A stretch of 64,000 bases of DNA from Eledone cirrhosa. Taxonomy: Eukaryota. Below the pieces are notes generated by a model, which worked only from the letters and a program-made list of their open reading frames with translations, ran no database searches and was not told the origin of the DNA. The translations under genes and the position numbers were made by a program. Location: the NCBI GenBank assembly GCA_964016885.1, contig OZ024747.1:3162001-3226000 (forward strand), in the 5' to 3' direction. Below are positions 1-13,339 of the stretch, piece by piece (within the stretch, counting starts at the first letter, position 1; each line of letters starts with the position of its first letter).

Positions 1-460
1 CCACCACCACCAACAACAACAGCAACAATAACACTAACACCACCACCACCACTAACAACAACAACAATATTGTCATCACCATCATCATCATCTCCAGCCC
101 CACAATCGACATTATCATCATCATTGTTTTCATTCCCGTCTCTACTGGTATGGGTGAAACAGATTTGTAAAATACACACATCAACATTTGCCTCTGAGTT
201 CAAATCCTGCTGAGGTTAACTTTGCCTTTCTTCCTTACGGGGTCAATAGAATAAAGTACCAGTAATACACTGGATTCGATTTAACTGGTTTTCCCGTTCC
301 CCAAAATTGCTGGCCTTGTGCCAAAATCAGAAACCATTATTGTTTGCCAAATAATTATTCCTTTTAAAACTATAAGTAAATATCATTTAAGAAAGGTTTT
401 TTACTGCTTTTTCTTGAAGTATATTTTTTGCCTTATGACCTTTAGATATATGTACATGTG

Positions 461-491
<31 letters not shown>

Positions 492-721
492 ATGTGTGTC
501 TGCTTATGTGGATATATTTATATATATATATATATATACATATATATACACACACACACATACAGACATATATATATATATATATATAGGTTCATAAATG
601 TTCTTTAATTGTTGTATGTCAAAATGGTTGACAAAGGTTTCAGATAAACCTAACATATTCAGCCAGTTTGGTTCCAGCTAACCAAATCAATTCATATACA
701 TAATCATCATCATTATTATCG

Positions 722-758
<37 letters not shown>

Positions 759-1524
759 CATTATCTGTTTTCAATGCTGACATGAGCTGGACAGGCCATT
801 ACAGCCCTTGTCAGTCTTTATTTGGAGCTACTGCTCTCGTAGATCAGTTGAGGGACTACATCATATGTTTGTTTTTTGAGGTGGGGGAAGAAAGCATCTG
901 CTGCAAACGCCATATCAACAGTTTAAAATATCCAGCAGTGACATATGTTCCATAAACAATAAATAACCCTGTTGCAGTTTGATGAATGTTTGCATCTTAT
1001 GCCATATTTATGGCAGTGGATTGGAAGATTTGGTAGAGCATTGGACAAAATACTTTCTGATATTTAATTATGACTCTTTTTCATTCTGAGTTCAAATCCT
1101 GCTGAGGTCAACTTTGCTTTTCATTTATTTTTAGATTGATAAAATAAAGTACCAGTCAGGTACTGAGGTTGATTTATTCCATTTTTCCCCCTCCAGAAAA
1201 TTGCTGGTCATGTACCTAAATTAGTTATCATTTTGTCATACTTGAAATAAGTTATAGGTTGGCATCTGGAAGGATATTCAACTGTAGGAAACATGCTTTA
1301 AAAAGTCTTGTCTAACTCTTGGAAGCATGGACTCCCCCCCCCCCCCCTCAGATATAAACACAATGATGATGAGGATGAAGCTGTTGCTGGGTAAATATAT
1401 TTTACACCCTATGTACTTTAAGGGTTAAATAATTACTTGCATGTTTTATTTAGTGTTAGGCCAGATTATATCTGTTTTTATCACACCACCAGCAATCTTT
1501 AAAGTAACATTATGGGATTCACTT

Positions 1525-2031
1525 TGTTGGTTTATATATATCTAAATCCCAGCTCAATATCGAGGTGGTGTTGGTTTATATATCTCTAAATCCCTGCTCA
1601 ATATCGAGGTGGTGTTGGTTTATATATCTCTAAATCCCTGCTCAATATCGAGGTGGTGTTGGTTTATATATCTCTAAATCCCTGCTCAATATCGAGGTGG
1701 TGTTGGTTTATATATCTCTAAATCCCTGCTCAATATCGAGGTGGTGTTGGTTTATATATCTCTAAATCCCTGCTCAATATCGAGGTGGTGTTGGTTTATA
1801 TATCTCTAAATCCCTGCTCAATATCGAGGTGGTGTTGGTTTATATATCTCTAAATCCCTGCTCAATATCGAGGTGGTGTTGGTTTATATATCTCTAAATC
1901 CCTGCTCAATATCGAGGTGGTGTTGGTTTATATATCTCTAAATCCCTGCTCAATATCGAGGTGGTGTTGGTTTATATATCTCTAAATCCCTGCTCAATAT
2001 CGAGGTGGTGTTGGTTTATATATATATCTAA
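1525..2031. repeat. 44-bp minisatellite, ~11.5 nearly identical copies
   Basis: Unit TGTTGGTTTATATATCTCTAAATCCCTGCTCAATATCGAGGTGG. Confidence 0.95.
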
Positions 2032-2524
2032 GTTTCAATGGTTTATATGGTATCACCTTTTCTTCATTGGTTAGCTTCAAGTCCAATTGAGGTAAAAATG
2101 TTTATGTACTGTGATTCTGAATTTGGTAAAGGGCTGATGGTATGAGGTACTAAAGGGCTGATGGTATGAGGTACTAAACTTGAGTGATTTTAACTTGATT
2201 CTAAAACCAATTGTGCTTCATTAACTATATATATCCATGGTGTACAAATGGTCTAATTTTCACAACTATTCTCCATAGAATAGAGGCCAGGTATATTAGA
2301 GAGAAGTGGCAGTATTTCTATTCATTCTTATTACTTGTGCCTAATGTAGTACTACTCATGTAATGTTGTTTGTATTTTCCTTTATCTATTATATATTTTG
2401 AAAATTCTGTGGTGTTCTTTTAGTATTGATGACAGAAATGAGCTCATGTGTGCAAATAACTTTTTTAATCAGTTTTCTGTGAGTGCTATACAGCTTGTCA
2501 AGTGCTAGAGACATATACAAGGTA

Positions 2525-2793
2525 TCATTTCATTTCATTTCATTTTTACGTCCACTTTTCCCTGCTTGCAGGGGTGGGACGGGAACTGATTCTGGCATGA
2601 TTTCTACAGCTGGATGCCCTTCCTAACACCAACCTCATTTACAGTGAGTGCTGGGTGCATTTTTGCCGTGGCACCTCCACGACCACTTTGCAGTGGAATG
2701 ATAGGCACCCCAGTCCCTATCATCTCATTTCTACAGCTGAGTAAACTGGAGCAATGTGAAATAAAGTGTCTTGCTCAAGGAAACAACACATCA
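2525..2793 (-). mobile_element. Same SINE family, tRNA head truncated
   Basis: Reverse complement of ~16690-16950. Confidence 0.88.
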
Positions 2794-3463
2794 AAATGAT
2801 TTTTTTCTAAGGAGACTCACCCCAATATTTAGGCAATGGGTATTTTGAATGGAAGCAAAATTGATTTACAATGCTTCGAAGAAATATATTTAATATAAAG
2901 TTAGTGAAATAAAAATTTATCTGAAAGTTCTGATAATGGTTAAAGAAAAATCTGTCAGTTATATTCAGATTTATCAAATGAAAATTTATTCTAACATACC
3001 CAACATTGCTTGAGATGAGAAATCTAAGCTGATATTGAAAATCTGTAATCCTGTAAGACACTCAGCTGATATTTATAGAAACAACTATCTTCTTTGTAGA
3101 AATTAAAGGTATGACAATTAAAAATTCAAACCATTATTAAAATTAATCCATACATCACTAATCTCCTTGCAAAAAATAAGAAAGATACTAATTTGCTTTG
3201 TTATAAAATTTATTCCTATAATCATGTCGTTAATTTATTATGCGTTATGGAGAAACAAATAAATTTAAAAGATAATCCAAAATAGCTTAAAATAAAATAG
3301 CAATAACCATATCAAGTACATCCAGATATGCCTTACATTTCTGATAAGAGGGAAAGAAGGAGAGCAGGAAGGAATATTGGACAAAAGAAGATAGAAATAT
3401 GGAAGGGGGAGAGGGTGGTTGACTCTACACCTAGATCAGAGCAGTGTTTTGGGCTGCTATCAG

Positions 3464-3780
3464 CAGGACCATATTTAATGGGAAGGCAAAGGGAGCGATT
3501 GCCCAGGGGCGCCTACAGGGGGGTGGGGGGTCCAACAGCAATGACCATAGCAATTTATTTGTGCCGTCAACTGAGCTTTTTAGTTTTAGGTTGGTTAGAA
3601 TTTTCGAATTTAATACCTGTAAGTATAACTTTTCAATTCAAATTACTTGCACCAAGCTAACTTTGATATGTAAAATTGAGGAAGTTGTGGGGATTGTTGT
3701 GTATTCTAATTTTTTTGTGTATGAGGGACCTCTCCAAACCTAAAGTGACCTGGGTCCCCCAAGATCTAAATCTAACTCTG
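3464..3780. mobile_element. hAT-like MITE
   Basis: Degenerate TIRs CAGGACCATATTTA / TAAATCTAACTCTG; imperfect 8-bp flanks GCTATCAG / ACACTCAG; second partial copy at ~10852-11075. Confidence 0.65.
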
Positions 3781-4266
3781 ACACTCAGCAGACAAAATGG
3801 CAATAATATATTCAACACAGTATTAGAATTAAACATTCTCACACACACACATGTTACAAACAGGGTTAAAAGGTTAACAAGTTTGTTTTACAATCATAAA
3901 GTTCTGAATTCCATTTCACTGTGTAATAATATAGAACTACTTTTATTGGCTATAGCCCCAGGTAAACTTATGAATGAAATTGTTTAGAAAGAAACTGGTT
4001 AGAAGCCCAACAAATGGACTTTATCTGTAGTTCAAAGAGCCAGCTCTATCATACTTTGTCAGCTTTAATCGTCTTATGAATTACTTTATGAATAGATCTA
4101 TCCGTGGAATGCTCAGACACTTACATATTAATTTATCTAGAGGGCTCTTCTTTTGATCAAATTATCAAATCTCTGGGACAGTCATCATCGAAACTGACAA
4201 AGGTTCACTTATTATAGACGCATCTACATACACAAATAGATGTAAACATCTCCACAGATATAGACA

Positions 4267-7042
4267 AGAATACATATCTTGTTACCTTTACTACACAACA
4301 GAGGCCAGAGAATACATATCTTGTTACCTTTACTACACAACAGAGGCCAGAGAATACATATCTTGTTACCTTTACTACACAACAGAGGCCATAGAATACA
4401 TATCTTGTTACCTTTACTACACAACAGAGATCAGAGAATACATATCTTGTTACCTTTACTACACAACAGAGATCAGAGAATACATATCTTGTTACCTTTA
4501 CTACACAACAGAGGCCAGAGAATACATATCTTGTTACCTTTACTACACAACAGAGATCAGAGAATATATATCTTGTTACCTTTACTACACAACAGAGGCC
4601 AGAGAATACATATCTTGTTACCTTTACTACACAACAGAGGCCAGAGAATACATATCTTGTTACCTTTACTACACAACAGAGGCCAGAGAATACATATCTT
4701 GTTACCTTTACTACACAACAGAGGCCATAGAATACATATCTTGTTACCTTTACTACACAACAGAGATCAGAGAATACATATCTTGTTACCTTTACTACAC
4801 AACAGAGATCAGAGAATACATATCTTGTTACCTTTACTACACAACAGAGATCAGAGAATACATATCTTGTTACCTTTACTACACAACAGAGATCAGAGAA
4901 TGCATATCTTGTTACCTTTACTACACAACAGAGATCAGAGAATACATATCTTGTTACCTTTACTACACAACAGAGATCAGAGAATACATATCTTGTTACC
5001 TTTACTACACAACAGAGATCAGAGAATACATATCTTGTTACCTTTACTACACAACAGAGGCCAGAGAATATATATCTTGTTACCTTTACTACACAACAGA
5101 GGCCAGAGAATACATATCTTGTTACCTTTACTACACAACAGAGGCCAGAGAATACATATCTTGTTACCTTTACTACACAACAGAGGCCAGAGAATACATA
5201 TCTTGTTACCTTTACTACACAGTTGAGGCCAGAGAATACATATCTTGTTACCTTTACTACACAACAGAGGCCAGAGAATACATATCTTGTTACCTTTACT
5301 ACACAACAGAGGCCAGAGAATACATATCTTGTTACCTTTACTACACAGCAGAGATCAGAGAATACATATCTTGTTACCTTTACTACACAACAGAGGCCAG
5401 AGAATACATATCTTGTTACCTTTACTACACAGTAGAGATCAGAGAATACATATCTTGTTACCTTTACTACACAACACAGATCAGAGAATACATATCTTGT
5501 TACCTTTACTACACAGTAGAGATCAGAGAATACATATCTTGTTACCTTTACTACACAACAGAGATCAGAGAATACATATCTTGTTACCTTTACTACACAA
5601 CAGAGGCCAGAGAATACATATCTTGTTACCTTTACTACACAGCAGAGGCCAGAGAATACATATCTTGTTACCTTTACAACACAGCAGAGATCAGAGAATA
5701 CATATCTTGTTACCTTTACTACACAACAGAGATCAGAGAATACATATCTTGTTACCTTTACTACACAACAGAGGCCAGAGAATACATATCTTGTTACCTT
5801 TACTACACAGCAGAGGCCAGAGAATACATATCTTGTTACCTTTACTACACAACAGAGGCCAGAGAATACATATCTTGTTACCTTTACTACACAACAGAGG
5901 CCAGAGAATACATATCTTGTTACCTTTACTACACAGCAGAGATCAGAGAATACATATCTTGTTACCTTTACTACACAACAGAGGCCAGAGAATACATATC
6001 TTGTTACCTTTACTACACAACAGAGGCCAGAGAATACATATCTTGTTACCTTTACTACACAACAGAGGCCAGAGAATACATATCTTGTTACCTTTACTAC
6101 ACAACAGAGGCCAGAGAATACATATCTTGTTACCTTTACTACACAGCAGAGATCAGAGAATACATATCTTGTTACCTTTACTACACAGCAGAGATCAGAG
6201 AATACATATCTTGTTACCTTTACTACACAGTAGAGATCAGAGAATACATATCTTGTTACCTTTACTACACAACAGAGATCAGAGAATACATATCTTGTTA
6301 CCTTTACTACACAACAGAGGCCAGAGAATACATATCTTGTTACCTTTACTACACAACAGAGGCCAGAGAATACATATCTTGTTACCTTTATTACACAACA
6401 GAGGCCAGAGAATACATATCTTGTTACCTTTACTACACAGCAGAGGCCAGACAATACATATCTTGTTACCTTTACTACACAACAGAGGCCAGAGAATACA
6501 TATCTTGTTACCTTTACTACACAGCAGAGGCCAGACAATACATATCTTGTTACCTTTACTACACAACAGAGGCCAGAGAATACATATCTTGTTACCTTTA
6601 CTACACAACAGAGATCAGAGAATACATATCTTGTTACCTTTACTACACAACAGAAGCCAGAGAATACATATCTTGTTACCTTTACTACACAGCAGAGGCC
6701 AGACAATACATATCTTGTTACCTTTACTACACAACAGAGGCCAGAGAATACATATCTTGTTACCTTTACTACACAACAGAGATAAGAGAATACATATCTT
6801 GTTACCTTTACTACACAACAGAGGCCAGAGAATACATATCTTGTTACCTTTACTACACAACAGAGGCCAGAGAATACATATCTTGTTACCTTTACTACAC
6901 AACAGAAGCCAGAGAATACATATCTTGTTACCTTTACTACACAACAGAGGCCAGAGAATACATATCTTGTTACCTTTACTACACAACAGAGATAAGAGAA
7001 TACATATCTTGTTACCTTTACTACACAACAGAGGCCAGAGAA
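4267..7042. repeat. 42-bp minisatellite, ~66 copies
   Basis: Unit GAATACATATCTTGTTACCTTTACTACACAACAGAG(GC/AT)CAGA. Confidence 0.97.
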
Positions 7043-7312
7043 GTGATAGGAGTTTGATACTCAACAAATAATGCTTTCTTATTGAAGCACATGGCCAGCA
7101 ATTTGAAGGGGCGGGGAAGTCGATTAAATCAACCCCAGTGTATTACTGGTGCTTTATTTTATCGACCCTGTAAGGATGAAAGGCAAAACCAACCTCGGCG
7201 GGATTTGAACTCAGAGCATAAAGGGTCGTAACTCTATGCTGAGATGCTCTTTTGATACTGCCAATTTACCTCCCTCAACCAAATAATGAAACAATAAAGA
7301 AATGAATAACAA

Positions 7313-7356
<44 letters not shown>

Positions 7357-7794
7357 ATTCATTTCACATTGCTCCATATACTCAGCTAAAATTGAGTACC
7401 AGCTATAGCTGTGGGTTTAATCCTGTGGTAGACTGGTGTCCTGTCCAGTGGGGAGTTTTGTGCTCTCAGTCGCTTAATGCTATGGAAACTGGAATAAGCG
7501 CTGACCTAATGAACCTCTAGTCTCGAGACTTTAGTTTTACTTTTTACTCAACATAATAAATTAGAAATTAAGTGAATTGAAGAGCTTTGAAAGAAAAACC
7601 AAGAAACTACTGTGTTCCAAACCCTCCAACCAAAATCTGATATAAATAATATATGCCTACCTTTAAGGTGGGAGGAGTGGAATATAAGTAGAAAACTACT
7701 ATAAAATAACAGAAGTGTAACTAAAATAATACTTAGAAGTAATGAATGGGAAACTGATAAGTGTAAAAAGGAGACTGGAGGAAACTGTTCTTTA

Positions 7795-8180
7795 TAAAGT
7801 CTGTCTTAAGCCAGGAAGCTCATCAAGCTGGTATTTATACTGGTTTTATAGTATGAAGCGACTGAAAGTACAAGACTTCTTCCTGGAAAGGATGCCAGTC
7901 CATCACAGAATAAAGTCTGTCTTAAGCCAGGAGGCTCATCTGGCTGGTGCTTACCCCAGTTTCATGGCATGAAGTGATTGAGAGTACAAGACTACCCCTG
8001 GACAGGATGCCAGTCCATCACAGAATTACATCCCCAGTTATTGCTGGTACTCATTTTCAGCTGAGTATACTGGAGCAATGTGAAATGAAGTGTTTTGCTC
8101 AAGAACACAAACCACAACCCAGTCCAGTCCAGGAATGGAACCCTCAACATTATGATCGTAAGTCCAACCCACTTACCACA
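7795..8180 (-). mobile_element. tRNA-derived SINE (Meta-domain-like) with tandemly duplicated ~118 bp 3' end
   Basis: Shares the CATTGCTCCAGT.TACTCAGCTG box with the 16618 SINE but has a different tail; tail repeated at 7795-7912 and 7913-8030; a partial opposite-strand copy lies at 7360-7535. Confidence 0.7.
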
Positions 8181-8454
8181 AGAAACAGGAAAATAACTAC
8201 ACATAAGAAAAGACTTAGATAAGAACAAAACAGGAGAAAAGCAGGAATGATAAAAATTATAAAACCAAAACATAATCCAATATGTATTGAAGAAAAGAAT
8301 AGAGAGAAAATTGACGCGAGTCTTGAGAAAGGAATTTACCAGAATAGACATCAACAAGGACTCAAAAACTCTGGGATAAAAACAGAAAAAGATGGTCTAC
8401 TTTTCTAGCTGCACAAGACCAATGCTTATTATAAAGTAATTTTTTTCTACATAT

Positions 8455-8900
8455 TGTTTACTGTACTGGTGATGATGATGATTATGGTGGTGGTGGTGGT
8501 GGTGGTGGTGGTTTACTGGTGGTGGTGGTGGTGGTGGTTTACTGGTGGTGGAGGTGGTGTTAATGGTGGTGTTAATGGTATGGTGGTGGTGGTGGTGGTG
8601 GTGGTGACAACAACGATGGTGTTGATGATTATGATGATTGTGGTGGTGAGGGTGAGGTCGCTGGTAACGACAACAACAATGATGACAACAATGATAGTGT
8701 TGTTGATGATTATGATGATGATGATGATGATGATTGTGGTGGTGACAGTAGTGTTGATGATGATGATGATAGTGGTGTTGATGATGATGGTGTTGTTGTT
8801 GTTGATGATGATGATGGTGTTGTTGATGATGATGATGATGATCGTGATGATGATAGTGTTGTTGATGATGATGATGGTGTAGTTGTTGATGATGATGATT
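8455..8900. repeat. Compound (GGT)n/(GAT)n/(GTT)n trinucleotide tract
   Basis: Read directly. A related CAC/CAA/CAT tract is at 1-125, (ACT)n at 7312-7356, (GA)n at 9121-9190. Confidence 0.93.
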
Positions 8901-9117
8901 ATAATGGTCCTATGCAAGAAACCCTATTGTGTAGTTTCCTTTCTAGAGGTTTTTAAATTCAAGGCTTAGATTGTCTTTGTCTTTATCATCTGTAATACAT
9001 TGGAGAGGATAAGGATTAGTAAAGACTTTTGAGGTAATTTCCAGGCTTGTGAGATACATAATGTGACTAATGTTCAGTTTGAACTTCTTCAGGTTGATAT
9101 CTGCAGGAAAAATACAG

Positions 9118-9192
<75 letters not shown>

Positions 9193-10349
9193 TGTCTGTC
9201 CTTCTTATACTCGTAAACATGACTTCTCATGAAAATATAATCAGTATACTAAATAGTCATAGAAGTAAAACTATCTTTAACCAGAGTCAAGTTATATTTA
9301 ATCAGTCACTCAAGATGTCTTCCTTTTCAAAACAAAGTAAATAGCAAAAATCATTTTCTGTTTAATATTTTCTTATCAACAACAACATATTTCATTGAAA
9401 ACTGAAATATGGTGGAAGATATTCAAAATCAGTGAAAGACAACTTTTATCTGTTGCATGGTATCAGTCATGCAGAATCTAACAAACTGCAACACTAAAAA
9501 TGAATATTTGATACACATATTCATCAATGAGAGCAGTAACATCCCTATGAGTTGATAATGATTTCCTATAAATATTTATTTAGAATAGAATCACCTTAGA
9601 GCTGTCAGATCCCCATAAAACTATGGATAACAATCATATCAACAAAAGAGTGTGTATGTATAGCTTTAGTTAAGCTATACATAAAATAACAACAGTATGT
9701 ATAGTTTTGTTGAATTGTTGTTTATTGCATGACAAACATTTACAAAGGAGGAATGATTAATCCCTAAAGTCCAAGTCTTGTTAGCCACTTAACCGGAAGT
9801 CCCTTCCTTGCTGACCAGTTCAATAATCGGTCTCCAGGAAAGTCACTTCCATTAACAGTTTGTCTTTATATATTTATCACAGCAAGCTAATACTTTGTTT
9901 ATGTTAGTGTCCTTATATCCAAAAAGAACACAATCAAAGGAAATATCTTATTTTGGATAAACAATTGCAACAACCCTTCTTACTTCTTCTTTACCCACTT
10001 ATTCCTGGAAGGGTTGTGGAGGCAGAGTCCTCAAGCACTCAAGCAGGCCTTACATCAGATCCTGCCAGAAATAACCATCTCCAATTGATTCAGCTGGATC
10101 TCTAAGCAAGACCAGTTGAACTCAGGGATGTTATCCAACCATCTTGCTTGGTTTGTTTGTAAAATCTGTGATCTCTCAATTCAGAGAGCTTCAGTATTCA
10201 GTAATCAGAAGAATGGAGATAGGTATGAAAGCCAAACTCTCTATCTTCAATTAAGTATTTATGCCATCCATTCTTTTTTTGATTCAAAAGTAATAGATAG
10301 CTACTTAATATCTGATTAATTCAGATGTTTCTTGACGATCTTGTAGTAG

Positions 10350-10680
10350 CTGTCCACAACATTGCTGTGTGGTTAAGTCTGTTTCACAACCATGGTATTC
10401 CAGGTTTGTTCCTATTGTATGGCATCAGAGAAAAATGGATTTTGGTTATGGGAAATTCAGTAGAAAGGAACTGTTTCAAAGCCCATTAGACAGATTGTGC
10501 ATGTAATTCAAAGAGCCAGTCTTCTACTACAATATGTCCAGTTGAATCTTCCTGAGAATTATGTTAATGGTGCACATGTCTGTGGAATACTCAGCCACAT
10601 CACAAGTTAAAATATTGAGCAGGCCATTGCATGCACCAAACAACTAGAACAGTCATCAATGAAACCATCAAAGTTCTTTC
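10350..10680 (+). mobile_element. Third SINE-like family (CAAAGAGCCAG...GAATTA.GTTAA...TGTCTGTGGAAT.CTCAGCCAC)
   Basis: Homologous stretches at ~3945-4205 and 32365-32860; the tail of the latter (CATGCACCT...GAGTTGTAGTGCACCTGAGCACTGTACACAA) recurs at 15845-15945(-) and 56735-56810(+). Confidence 0.65.
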
Positions 10681-11134
10681 TATCTTGGAGTCAATCAAAA
10701 AAGATCTGACCTCATTTGGATACCAAGTGGGATGGAACTCATTAAATCGAACCAAGGAAACATTGTTTCCATTGCTTTTTCCATTGTTGATATTTACCAG
10801 TTGCAACTGTTGGTAGAAAGAGCAACATGAAATAAAGTATCTTGGTCTAGGTAGAGCTGGATTTAATGTGGAACAAAAGGGGAAATTGCCCCGGGCCACA
10901 GTGACAGCCATGGCAATTTATTTGTGCCCTCAGGCTTTTTAGTTTTAGGATGGTTAGAATTTTTGAATTTAATACCTGTATGTATAATTTTTTTATTCCA
11001 ATTACTTGTACCAAGCTAACTTTGATAGGTAAAATTGGGAGAGGTTTGCTGTGTATTCTAATTTTTTGTGTATGTAGTGTAGGGGAGAAATTTTTAGGAG
11101 TATAGACACATTATCTGTATGAATAATGAGCAGT

Positions 11135-11330
11135 AGTTAAAGAAGTGCCAGAAGTTCCAAGTAGAAGAAAGCAGCTTAAGAGGTAGACCAAGAAAGGCAT
11201 GAGCAGAAGTTGTGAAAGCTGATCTCAGGAAACTGAATCTTACAAAGGAGATGACAAAGGAAAGACACAGTTGAAAAGATGTAGTATTGAAGAACTGTCA
11301 TAAAAACAATGATTATGATGATGATGATGT
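11135..11330 (+). mobile_element. Old RTE 3' fragment
   Basis: KKCQKFQVEE...RGRPRKA*AEVVKADLRKLNLTKEMTK, resembling subfamily A, followed by (GAT)n. Confidence 0.7.
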
Positions 11331-12067
11331 AGATACTTATATCAGCTCTTCAGTAAAATTGTGAAATTATCAATACAAGCCTATTAGCAATAATGATGAA
11401 TTTAAGGAGAAAAGCTGCTAGCCAATCTTGAATATGTACTGAGACATGAAATGTGTCAAATTTCATAGATATTGTCAGTTGCTTGTTTAAATAATAGAGG
11501 AGGGTGTTATCTCTAACGTTTTGTATAGATGTATCATCATCTTTAACTGAGATGAGGAAAGCCAATGACAGACCCTCTATGTGGCTAATCAGTGTGCTAG
11601 AAATAGCCAGCAAATTTTCCTCAGATCTCACTTAAATCTAGCATAACGTTTGAAGATTGATCCAATTGACATCCACTTAGAAGTTTAGTGGACACTAAAA
11701 AGTCAACTTTACCTTTCATTAGTTCCAGGTCAATAATAAAAAGTACCAGTCTCATACTGGAGTCGATTCTTCCTCTGTATTTCTTTCTCATTTCCTCTCT
11801 CTCATACTTTCTATCGTCCTCTGGAAAAAATCACCTGCGTTCAGACCTGGAGAGGGATGGGCTCCTTCAGGCTTAAAATCCCCAAATGCTGTATACCTCT
11901 ATGGCACCCTTATGTCACCCTCAGGATACAGGACCATAGAATACAAACATTTGCAAAGTACGTATGAGCAGAAAAGGAATTCTAGAAGGGTGCATCTTTG
12001 AGAATGAAATGTTTGGCAAAGTTTTCCATACAGGATGTTGAGTGTGTGATAGTGAAATGATTATTAG

Positions 12068-13339
12068 AAAAGCACCCAGACTACACTGTAAGGTGGCCAT
12101 GTAGGTGTCACAACAAAAAGCACTCAGTCCACACTGTAAGGTGGTCATGTAGGTGTCACAACAAAAAGCACCCAGACTACACTGTAAGGTGGCCATGTAG
12201 GTGTCACAACAAAAAGCACTCAGTCCACACTGTAAGGTGGTCATGTAGGTGTCACAACAAAAAGCACCCAGACTACACTGTAAGGTGGCCATGTAGGTGT
12301 CACAACAAAAAGTACCCAGTCCACACTGTAAGGTGGTCATGTAGGTGTCACAACAAAAAGCACCCAGACTACACTGTAAGGTGGCCATGTAGGTGTCACA
12401 ACAAAAAGCACTCAGTCCACACTGTAAGGTGGTCATGTAGGTGTCACAACAAAAAGCACTCAGTCCACACTGTAAGGTGGTCATGTAGGTGTCACAACAA
12501 AAAGCACTCAGTCCACACTGTAAGGTGGTCATGTAGGTGTCACAACAAAAAGCACCCAGACTACACTGTAAGGTGGCCATGTAGGTGTCACAACAAAAAG
12601 CACTCAGTCCACACTGTAAGGTGGTCATGTAGGTGTCACAACAAAAAGCACCCAGACTACACTGTAAGGTGGTCATGTAGGTGTCACAACAATAAGCACT
12701 CAGTCCACACTGTAAGGTGGTCATGTAGGTGTCACAACAAAAAGCACCCAGACTACACTGTAAGGTGGTCATGTAGGTGTCACAACAAAAAGCACCCAGA
12801 CTACACTGTAAGGTGGTCATGTAGGTGTCACAACAAAAAGCACTCAGTCCACACTGTAAGGTGGTCATGTAGGTGTCACAACAATAAGCACTCAGTCCAC
12901 ACTGTAAGGTGGTCATGTAGGTGTCACAACAAAAAGCACTCAGTCCACACTGTAAGGTGGTCATGTAGGTGTCACAACAAAAAGCACTCAGTCCACACTG
13001 TAAGGTGGTCATGTAGGTGTCACAACAAAAAGCACTCAGTCCACACTGTAAGGTGGTCATGTAGGTGTCACAACAAAAAGCACTCAGTCCACACTGTAAG
13101 GTGGTCATGTAGGTGTCACAACAAAAAGCACTCAGTCCACACTGTAAGGTGGTCATGTAGGTGTCACAACAAAAAGCACTCAGTCCACACTGTAAGGTGG
13201 TCATGTAGGTGTCACAACAAAAAGCACTCAGTCCACACTGTAAGGTGGTCATGTAGGTGTCACAACAAAAAGCACTCAGTCCACACTGTAAGGTGGTCAT
13301 GTAGGTGTCACAACAAAAAGCACTCAGTCCACACTGTAA
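12068..13339 (+). repeat. 48-bp minisatellite, ~26.5 copies, derived from the RTE/SINE UTR module
   Basis: Unit AAAAGCACTCAGTCCACACTGTAAGGTGGTCATGTAGGTGTCACAACA; the last unit runs into TGTGGTTGGCATTAGGAA...GAGCCAAACATGGTC (to ~13415), the continuation of the module. Confidence 0.95.

Noticed and set aside
4205-7071. 833-aa Cys-rich and 315/608-aa ORFs on opposite strands
   Set aside because: Translation of a 42-bp (multiple of 3) minisatellite; open on both strands, alternative start codons, no unique domain or splice context.
8454-8917. Poly-Met/Val and poly-Ile ORFs resembling membrane proteins
   Set aside because: Compound trinucleotide repeat.
11921-13300. 459-aa metallothionein-like Cys-rich ORF
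   Set aside because: Antisense reading of a 48-bp array that derives from the RTE/SINE UTR module.
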